DNA of 64,000 nucleotides, from contig NC_087245.1 of assembly GCF_037042905.1 (NCBI RefSeq), positions 1,862,001 through 1,926,000 on the forward strand. The letters are read 5' to 3'. Of this stretch, positions 54,140 to 64,000 are shown in pieces. This DNA comes from Lytechinus pictus (Eukaryota). The notes beneath the pieces are model-generated. The model had not been told where the DNA came from, searched no databases, and saw only the letters and a list, made by a program, of their open reading frames with translations. The first letter of the stretch is position 1, and every line of letters starts with the position of its first letter. Both the position numbers and the translations under genes were made by a program.

Positions 54140-55728
54140 TAAATATATGAAGGGAAGGTAAAGTGTTTTTTGGGGGATAAAAACCGTTCGGACACTTATT
54201 TAGAAGCAGTTCCTAAAAAGAGAATACAAAATCATACCAATCCCATTGTTCTATACTTTGTCATTTTTGTCCTTCTCTTAGAACAAAGGTTCAATTGAGT
54301 ACCTTTGACAGTGCTTTTTGCGTCTCTCATGTCTTTGTAGGTACATTTTTGCCCCTTCAGACCAGAAAGTTGCAGAATTACTCACATTAGAGGTGTCTTG
54401 TTTCCAGTGTCGCATAGCCAAAACTGTCAAGTGGATGTTTGTTTATCTGAGAGTATATAACCTCATTCCTGCTTAAGGAGGACTGATTCTTACTTTTACA
54501 TGTAAACTGTATTATTTTGATATCCTATTGATAGAAAAAAGAAAAGAAAATGGGTTTGTGGTCTAAACGACAATTACACATCTCTACGATCTTCTATATC
54601 ATTTATATCAGACATGACTGGTTGCCTATTAACCACATCACTGATGAGAAAAACAGTCCTTCATTTTTTCTTTAATACCAGTCTTTAATTTTCAAAATTT
54701 GTTTGCCCCGTCGGTAGATTGTCGCGGTTTAATGACTGTCACAAGTCATTTGACGTAGGGTTTTAACTGTAGATCTAGGGAATTCTAGCTCGAAAGAAAT
54801 TGTCTGCTATCTTCCCAATATAATTCAGTTTGAAATATTTATTGTCCTTAGAATTCGGATCTTATCAGTTTATAATCTAAAATTTTGACACATCCAAATT
54901 ATGACATGAAATTTGAAGCTTGCATTTTTGTCTGAAATCACTATTATACGGTAGATCTGTTATCTGTTTTACTCTCCTCTCCCCTTTCTCCCCTGCCCCC
55001 CCCCCCCATCTCTCTATCTATCTCCTCCTCCCTCTCTCTCACTCTCTCTCTCTCTCTCCATATCTCTAATTTCGCCCCTTCGGTATTCATATCATCATTG
55101 AATAATGATAAATATAAAATGATAGAGGTGCATTTAAGTAAAATGTTGCTAAGTGCTTATGCCTCCTTTTTGAAGGTTTGTTATTTAAAAATACGTGTTA
55201 TTATATTTCTAGTTCGTACAATGAATAAATCGGCTATAAACCTATTTCTAAATATCCTTCATTTTTCCATTAATTTAATTATTTCACTTGGCTGACCTTT
55301 CATTTCACTGACAGACCTGCTTTCAAACATTCATTTTGATTTTTTTTCCTTGATTGTTCTTCTTCGCCTCGCGGGGGACAAAAGTACAAGAATCTTTTGA
55401 CTTACATAAAAACACACGTGTAATGATGTGATGAAAATTATGATATGCAGGTGGTTTGGAAGTAAATCGCTACAGGCGGAGTGGCAGTGCATGCTCGACC
55501 TACTTCTCTGAAAATTACTCAAACAATCAAATAAGAAATGTTTATCCAATTGAATTCCGTGTCTGACTTTACTTACCGTAACTCACCTGCGAGATCTCAA
55601 AGAGCAAGGTCTCATAGAATTTGTTTTCAAGTAGACTGGAACTTGGCCTTAATTGCACGTTTCTTGTTATGAAATACAGGTTTAATTAGGAAAGCATATA
55701 GGATTTTCTTATGTAAGTTTTCCCTATT

Positions 55729-56812
55729 CAGTCAGACTGCAGGTCCCAAGAAAGTGGCTTCTTTCATCCAAGTGATATTCATGACTTGAGATGTTTTGCA
55801 TATTTAATGAGCTTGATGCGGACCAAAACACCTCTTTTCATTCGGTCATTGCTGCTCTAATTGTGCATCGAATTTCATGAATTTGGTACCATTGTAAAGA
55901 GGAAGAATCATTCTTTCAGGTCATGTGTTTGGATTTATTCCAGAATTTTGTAATATAGGTTAAAATTTTGATCTAAAATATGCTACAAAAAAAATATTTT
56001 CACCTGACAAAAGCTGCTATTTTCACACTTTATTTTTGTTTGAGCCCAAATGATTTTTATATCATGATAAAGCTGAATATGTATGCTTTGAAATGATATA
56101 GGTTTCAAAATAAGAATTGGTTTAATCGGGTCAAGATCACACTTTTCATTTGCCAAGTACATAAAGCAGTTTGAAAACAAGAATACTGCACTCTGATTGG
56201 TCAAAGAGACCACACAATGGCAAATTCCAACGGTCCCAGTGCCTGGGTTCGTGGGAAGGTCGCACTTCCCATGTGGTAATCTCCTCAAATACCCCGCGCC
56301 TGTAGTTCTGTGAACCTTATCCAGCCAATCAGAACTCTGGATTTCATGCAAGTACAAAATTTCAGAAATCTCGTCTTGTACCTTGGTGGGAAAAGTGTGA
56401 TCTTGACCCGATTAAAAGGTGCCGCATATCAAGAGTGGCATTGTGAGAAAGTACAGAAATTCAGCTTTATGGTGATAGAGATATCATTGAGGCTCAAAAT
56501 AAAAAGTTTTGCACAATTTGCAAAAGAAAACAGGGGAAGAAAATTCATTTTTGAGGCACATTTTTGGGCCAGAAATGTACTTATTTAACAAAATATTGTA
56601 TACAAAATAAATAACCAATATGAAAGAGTAACTTTTACTCTATCTGATGGTGCAATAATATTTCATTTAACTTGAGGTTAAAACAGGTAAATTCTTAGAG
56701 AAAGAAAATCTCACGAATCACGAGATTTTGCAAGGAGGAGGATTCAGCCACGAGATGATTTGGATGAATCTGGCCTTTTTGCTCATTAGCATAGGGACCT
56801 GCGGTCTGACTG
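55729..56812. mobile_element. Non-autonomous DNA transposon with CAG termini and apparent 4-bp TATT TSD (1084 bp)
   Basis: TATT|CAGTCAGACTGCAGGTCCC ... GGGACCTGCGGTCTGACTG|TATT (18/19 TIR match). Internal perfect 27-bp inverted repeat at 56121-56147 / 56390-56416. Confidence 0.85.
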
Positions 56813-56908
56813 TATTAGAGTTTAAAACACGAAAATAATTAATTATATGGTTATTCAGCCCAAGCATTTCAACTAAATTTACATGTGGTGATTCTGGTCA
56901 TTAAACAA

Positions 56909-57406
56909 TATAGATATATCGACTGCTTTGAGAGGCATGGTTGTTTCTAGAGGCTCAAGGGGACCGCAACGCGACTATGCACGAGGGCTTTGCCCGAGGG
57001 CATGGTCTGGCCGATGCGGTACCCGCGAGCCGAATTGAAACAACCATGTCTCGAATATAAAAGCAGTCCATATATATTTTATGAACCGAATTATTAAACA
57101 TTAGATCTAACGTTAGGGGCTAGTCTAAGTCTAGATCTAAAAGCCCTGGCCCTGGCCCCAAGCTAACGTTAGGACTTAATTAGGTCTAGGCCCTTACTTA
57201 GCCCTGACCCTGAAGTTAGGTCTCAAAGTCGAATATCATCACTAGCGTACCTACGGGGGGGGCAGGGGGGGGGGCAGTCTGCCCGCCCTGACGAGCAACA
57301 ACCCATACAAAAGACATATACCTGCCCCCCTGACGAGCTTAAAAGACCTTTTTTGCCCCCCCTGACGAGCTTAAAGACCTTTATTGCCCCCTGACGAGCT
57401 TGGAGA

Positions 57407-57439
<33 letters not shown>

Positions 57440-58437
57440 CTTGTCAATTTTTTTTCTGGTACGAAAACCTATATATTTTTATTGAAGACCTTTTTTTTTT
57501 TTTTTTTTTTTTTTTTTGCTTGTCAAATTTTTTGGCGGCCGATTTTGCCCCCCCTGTGGAAAATCCTAGGTACGCCACTGAATATCATAAGCAGTTCCCG
57601 AGCAGTTCATACCGATAGGCCCTACTAGGCCTAGATCTAGATATTTTTAGGAACCAAATTACTAATTAGGTTCTGATTCTGTATAGGGTCTAGGCTAGAT
57701 CTAACGTTCAGAAATAAATCCCTATTAGAGTGTAATCTAACGTTAGATCTAGTCGACTAAACCTACGTCCTAACGTTAGATCTAACGTTAGATCTAATAA
57801 CTTCTAACTAACGACAATTAACATTAGATCTACCCGTCATAACGTTGTCGTTTGTCATACCTAAGGCTAAGTAACGAGTAACGTTATGTTAACCTTAGAA
57901 AGTGCAGTGACAGTCTAACTTTAATCTTTTCACCCGACTCACCTTTTGCGACTGCGAGCATGCATTTGAGCGGTCTGCGACAAGACTTGATGATTGATAC
58001 ATCCGTTATGTCCTTAATAAGTTAGTTTTCTTTTCAATAAATGCCATATATTTTAACAGGAATTAACAAGCAAAAGTCAAAGATCGGCATCGTTCCATCG
58101 ATATGTCATATCCGTTGCGCGCACTTGCGCAATAAGCGCGTAAATGTGCGAATTGTCTAAAACTTTCGATAAAATCGCGCGGATATTTATGGTATCCGCA
58201 ATCACCACAGAAAGCAACATTTTGCATGCAATCAAATGGGGATCTCAGCCAAATTTTGCTATGCCCGTCGTTAAGGGGCGGGTCAGGGGGCAACGGGCAG
58301 AAATTTTGTTAACTATGCCCGTTGCCCTTGGTTACCACCTTAGTTTGTTGTTTTGAAGGCATGGTCGTTTACATGACCTCAGTTTTGACCAATCAGAGGA
58401 ACGGATTATTCGACATTCTTAAAGAGAGGTTTATAAA
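56909..58437 (-). mobile_element. Asymmetric hairpin-ended element (Crypton-like), family C-related copy 2
   Basis: Mirror image of 36463-38277: terminal hairpin at 56909-57077 (GACTGCTTT...AAAGCAGTC), subterminal TTTATGAACC inverted to terminal GGTTTATAAA, and CAGTTTTGACCAATCAGAG at 58380-58398. Interior rich in CTAACGTTAG/AGATCT palindromes. Confidence 0.7.
57240..57580. mobile_element. hAT-type MITE nested in the family C element
   Basis: Perfect 8-bp TSD AATATCAT (57232-57239, 57581-57588). Termini CACTAGCGTACCTACG ... CCTAGGTACGCCACTG. Four internal CCCTGACGAGC units and poly-T runs. Confidence 0.9.
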
Positions 58438-58837
58438 CTGTAATAATAGAGTAGCTAGGAGAGCAGACGAGGTATTGTGTCCCCCCCCCCCCCCATTTCA
58501 AGATCGGAGAGACGCCAATGAATGCTAGCAGCAATACTGCTGTAGTTTCGGTGGCAAATGGAGGAATACTGCTTTGCGTATGGTGTTACAGGTCAATACA
58601 AATCATTGGTCACGTTGTGGTCACATCATATTGTCAACGTCTTTATTATTTCTTTTCATCGAACCGAGGTCGACTCAATTGTGTTTATGTTTCTTGCCTA
58701 CGTCAGTACTCATTCGTATCATGCTTATTTTCCGCCAATAAAAAGTAATGACTTCCGATGAGCGCTATATTGGTTTTAAATTCGCCCATGCTTCATCATC
58801 ACCCTTAAAGTTATTATATGGAAGACGCCGTGACATC

Positions 58838-59312
58838 AGGTAGTTTCAGACCGCCTCGAAGTTCGTCAGTTCCAGGTATTCTCTGATCGGGAAATTTACC
58901 CCGATCAGAAAATACCAGGTATTTTGGTAATGTGAAAGCAAACTACGCGTAATTTCCCCAAAAGAAAATACCCGCTAAATAGTAGGTACTTGGCGAAATT
59001 ACGAGAACTTTCGCGGGGATTTTTCCAAGGTCGCAGGTATTTTGGCGATGTGAAAGAAAATTACGGGAAATTTTAGCCAAGCGTGTCGTTGGGTGCGGCG
59101 CCGTGGGTGGCTGCTGGGCTAGTGATTTTGAATCTCGCGCCTTGCCTGCTTATCAGACCATACTGCGCATGCTCGTAACTTCAGGAACTTATCCCGAAGG
59201 ATATGTTTCAGGGCGGTGTGAATGCAGGAATAATTAATGGGTATTTTTCAGCCTAAAAAAGTTCTCGTAATTTAACGGGGATTCTTGTGATCGAGGCGGT
59301 TTGAAACCACCT
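58838..59312. mobile_element. PIF/Harbinger-type MITE (475 bp)
   Basis: ATC|AGGTAGTTTCAGACCGCCTCGA ... TCGAGGCGGTTTGAAACCACCT|ATC: 22-bp TIRs with 2 mismatches and a perfect 3-bp TSD. Confidence 0.88.
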
Positions 59313-60420
59313 ATCGTTACCTTTATGACTTAACTTTAAAAAATGTGTTATTCATCGCTAACTTAACCTGTGCATTTGCTTGTTTTATATATCGGGAAAT
59401 CGATATTATTTGTAGCTGAAGCTATGTTTGCAGACACTTACAAATTTCAGGGATCGCTGAAATGTTAACCCCCTTTCAAATGTTGTCTTCACGCGATTTA
59501 TCATGCGCTACCAATCATCAGTGATGATAGACAGCATGTCTTAGTGTTCTTTATCATAATTGATGAGTGATTGCTACTCACGATCTGTCACCACTCGTGA
59601 TTGTGTTATGAAGAATGTTAAAGCGCCACATTATCGCCACTTATGATGGCTAGCGTTATCAGTAATCAGTATTGATAAATAGCTTATTATTTACACGTTA
59701 TTGCCACTTGCGATAGGTTGCAACAGGCAAACGTTCAAACGTTATCACTCGGGACTTTCGATTTACTGAATTTACTGCTACATAGGAACGGCATGATAGT
59801 GTGTTTTGTGTCCATGCCATTGAAAGCCAGTGAGCATGTTGATGTGAGACACTGAGCATGTCCATACTCGACTTACGTTGCCTGACATACTAACAATTCC
59901 GAGCGACACATATCCCCCTCCCCTGTTCTTTCGCGATGATATTGGACAGGCGTGCGCATGCTCTGTATATCGTACTGATCCACTCCATATACTTTGTATG
60001 CACTGAACATCTGCAGGCTACTATGAAGTACTGACATGTACGTAGCGGTCCACTATAATGAACGTATGATTTTAAAAGTCCCTAACTTACGTTTTGCGTT
60101 CCTCCTCCACAGTATATAATGACCTACGATGCTTCACAAATGCACATGATATATCATGAGGTTTACTTAGAAATATCAAACAGAAGACATCGGTGGGTGA
60201 TTACAAAAGATAAAAAATAAAGAAGGAGGGAAAAGTCATCAATTTTCAATTGCTAAACCATAGCAAATATCATGAAATGATATGAAATCACTCACTATCG
60301 CCATAAAATAGGTTACTTAGAAATACCGTAGAATCACGGAATATGTTGGTATCAATAATGTCTGTAAGTGTTTTCATTCACTTGGAAGCTATCATACAAT
60401 ACATTCTTCAATAGAAGAAA

Positions 60421-60480
60421 TGCCGTGCCCGGAACTGAACCCCAGATTTACTCATCCCAGACGACGCGACCACGGCACCT
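60421..60480 (-). mobile_element. Degenerate tRNA-derived SINE head
   Basis: Minus strand GTGCCGTGGTCGCGTCG...GGGGTTCAGTTCCGGGCACGGCA: decayed A and B boxes with complementary ends. Confidence 0.4.
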
Positions 60481-62998
60481 CCATAATATTATGTATCATC
60501 TAATTTCTCATTGACGGTGTCAATAATTGATGCTGATAGCTCTTATTAATGGCAAATTTTGTGTGAATATGAGATACCGTACTAAATTATTTCAATCAGT
60601 CAAACGAGATTGGAATTCACTATTTAAAAATACCTATCGACAATTCTTCGGAAAACTATTGAGATAATTATCTTGATTATTGGTATCTCCAGAGAAAAGA
60701 AAAGGATACAAAGAAATGAAAAACAAAATACCAAGTAAAGAAAGATGATGGTAAACTGGATGGAGACCCATGGCTACCGCGTGGTTTGGGGCCTAATTCC
60801 ACGTTCGCGCCAAATTATCTCGTAATAGCGCACATCTTCGCACAGTAATTGCCGCCAATTTTCGAATTATACCGTCGAGGTAGCAAGTAGGGCATCGTCT
60901 GAAGTTTCCTCCTACGAATCGATGATAATCTGATTTTACCTAGCCCTTGCTTTCTTCTGCATGTTCTTTATTCTGCATGCCGTCTTTGTGACGGGCAACC
61001 CTTTTTACACCCCCCCCCCTCCCCCTCTCTCTCTCTCTCTATTTCTCTTTCTTTCTTTCTCGATCTCACTCTTGGCTATATGTGCCCTAATAATACATGT
61101 AATTCACTTAGCAATCCATTGTTGATATCATTCAATTTACATCGCATAGTGTAATAATGAACATTCAATATCATTGCTCATTATGAACACTATAACGTTA
61201 CTTACCAACGCTTAAAGAGTAAATTCTTGCTTATAAAACATTGCGTTGGCAATTATTAAACTGGTGGTCTTCTACTTACGGTGCTCACTAAATCTCTTCG
61301 TACATTTATTTTTTTTCCCACTTTTTCAAATAATATGGAGACAACTGCCCTCTATAGGCGTAGGCCTACAGTCATATTTTCTCAACACCTTTTATCATTA
61401 ATTTTCGTTCTCTTTGTTTTTCTTGCCTGTATCCATTTTCCTTGTTACAATTTGTGGTAAAGTCGCATGCCCCCACTGCACTCACTTAACAACACCAATG
61501 ACAGCGATGCTCCTATAGAGTAACACTATGAAAGTCAGACAGTAAACCAGTAGAATGTTCAAAGTTAACATGTAATGTAGTTTCCTGTATTGGGTTACAC
61601 CCATTAAAGCCACAATATGGTAACACTATACCTGTTTCTTACACGTAGTCCACCTCGACAAGTACTTGATACCTTATGCGTGGAAGGTATGTTCAAGAGC
61701 AGACAATGATAGTATGGTCAAAGGAGTGACCCTCATCATAATAATATTCAAAGATTTTAAAGGCATAAACTATGGTTTTGAAATTTATTCATTTTCAATG
61801 AATCATTTCAACATACATTTTATGTTTTTCACATTACAAATCAAAGGAGAAAACAATTTAAGATCTGTCGCTACTTAATCTATAGAAATACTTGCAAATA
61901 GTCGAGATGGCGGTTTTCCCTTCCGTATGTTTAGAAAAAAATATATTTTGTCTGTTTGAACTCTTAAAAAGGGGAAAAGTAACGACGAAAAGAATTTTAT
62001 CGATGATAAGTAACGAACCTGTACGTCATTCTTTCGTCGAGACATGGATAACGATCTGAATTTCATTTTACTACAGTATAGACTAGAACACACACGCTGT
62101 GAGAGAATAAACAACCGGTCATTTCACTTTGCCTTTGGTAATCTGATTGGTTTAATCATTTTCGACCAGCTAAATATATCCAATGTTTGCCTTTGAAATT
62201 ATCAGATATATATCTTACTGTTTGATGTGGATCCTTGACGTTAATTAAGTGTTCCTAAAAGGGACTCATGGTGTGACATTTGTTTTACTTAATGAATGCA
62301 TTATTTTATTTCTGATGCCTATTATGGTCCATTATCTGGTAATTTTATCGAGAGAGTGATAGTCTAAGCCAACCAAACTCTGAGGCGATAGTTAAATTTG
62401 CTGACCTACATTCAATCAATGCACCTACCCACACGCTTAACATGCCCCATCCCCTTTCCTTCCACTCCCCCCCCCCCTAGTCTCTCTATCTCTCTCATTG
62501 GTTAGTTACAAGGGGAGAAGTAGACCTCTTATGATATTCTCCGTTTATTAAGCTTGTTGCCTGATTATAATAATTACGTTTCATAAGTTATAGATAAGCC
62601 TTCGAAGAGCTAAATAATTATTCATCAGAGAGTATGAATGTTCGCATCTAACGACAATGCATTCAATTGCACACTTTACACCCATTTTGAGTGCAGGTAA
62701 CATCTGAGTGCATGGGTAAGACTGAGAGAATGAATTTCTGATGTGTACTGTCTGATAGTCTTGATAAATGACATAACATCTCCGTGCAGACAGATCTGTT
62801 ATCCTGGGCTCAGTATCACAGAGCCGATTCATATCAACAGTTTGATTGAAAATCATTCACCGCATTGGCTCGTATATCTATGATCACGTGATTACCAACC
62901 TAAGGCGCCATTCTGTTCCGTTCTCATATTTTGAATGGACATATATATGAGGCATTTTTTAGGTTGCTTCTATATCATTAAGCTTTTTCAATGTTTAA

Positions 62999-63583
62999 AG
63001 GAGAATGAAACCTTTGGAACAAGATAGCTTGTGTGAAAACAGACAAATCAAAGAAACAGCTCAACGAAAGTTTGAGAAAAATCGGACAAATAATGAGAAA
63101 GTTAGGAGCATTTTAATATTGCGATCACTAATGCAATGGAGATCCTCAAATTGGTAATGCGACAAAGATGTGTGATGTCACTTGTGAACAACTCTCTCCA
63201 TTACTTTAGTATATATTTCACTTAAATTGCCTCTTTTATCACATCTATCAGTAGATCATGAGTTCTTTCTATAGGAGGGCATGTAATACAGATTTTTAAA
63301 GAATACATCATGGATAAAGAGTTTGCATCACCACAAGAAAAAGCAGAGAGAGACATTTTGAGGGTATTTTGTAGTCCATCAAAGGGAAAGTTGTTCACAT
63401 GTGACATCACACATCCTTGTCGCATTGCCAATTGGAGGATCTCCATAGCATTAGTGATTGCAATATTAAAATGCTCATAACTTTTTCATTATTTGTCCGA
63501 TTTTTCTCAAACTTTCTTTGTTCTTATTCTTTGATTTTTCTGTTTCAACACAAGCCTACTTATACCAAAGGTTTCATTCCCCT
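62999..63583. mobile_element. Kolobok-type non-autonomous transposon, family B copy 2 (585 bp)
   Basis: TTAA TSDs (62995-62998, 63584-63587). Colinear with 32856-33438 in the same orientation, with only scattered substitutions. Confidence 0.85.
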
Positions 63584-64000
63584 TTAATGTTTTAATGTTA
63601 AAAACCATTCTATATAAAATTGTATGAATGTCATGATACTAAGATTTCACATACATATTACAAACAGATAGGAATACATGTGAACTTTAAAGGAATATTT
63701 CCGAATACACACATCTGTCTTTCTCTTTTCTTCTATTTCCCCTCTATTCTTCTCTTACCCCTTTCTCTGTATTTATTTTACCAGAATCTCTCCCATGCAC
63801 AAACACATGCACACACGTCAACTGTGCACATAATATCAGGCATACAAGGTCCTTGCATGTAAATATCGTATTAATAATATCTGTTTATTATTTATGTAAG
63901 TCAATGCCCGATTTGTAATTGACTTCGTTTTCTTTTTTTGTTTATTTCGCTATTACGTTTTAGGCCACTACCCTAGTCAAGCACTGCTTATGGTAGCGGT

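Overview
AT-rich eukaryotic (metazoan) non-coding DNA. The repeat families and the poly-C/(CT)n tracts look like an echinoderm, most likely a sea urchin; this is an inference, not a database result. No ORF in the track resembles a known protein, and the long ORFs are microsatellite artefacts, so the window is probably intergenic or part of a very long intron. It is dense in non-autonomous DNA transposons identifiable from their terminal inverted repeats (TIRs) and target-site duplications (TSDs): Tc1/mariner-type (TA), PIF/Harbinger-type (3-bp), hAT-type (8-bp), Kolobok-type (TTAA, two near-identical copies), CACT-ended palindromic MITEs and a foldback element. It also holds two related asymmetric hairpin-ended (Crypton-like) elements carrying nested MITEs, plus SINE heads and LINE tails. 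The most interesting signals are: (1) a minus-strand ~90-nt segment whose 5' end aligns without gaps to the Alu domain of 7SL/SRP RNA and is followed by a canonical Pol III B box, i.e. a candidate 7SL-derived SINE in an invertebrate; (2) a target-site footprint suggesting an inversion or composite insertion between two inverted MITE copies; (3) a promoter plus splice donor carried inside a Crypton-like element; (4) a series of RFX X-boxes; and (5) a candidate recursive splice site together with a plus-strand pyrimidine-tract bias.
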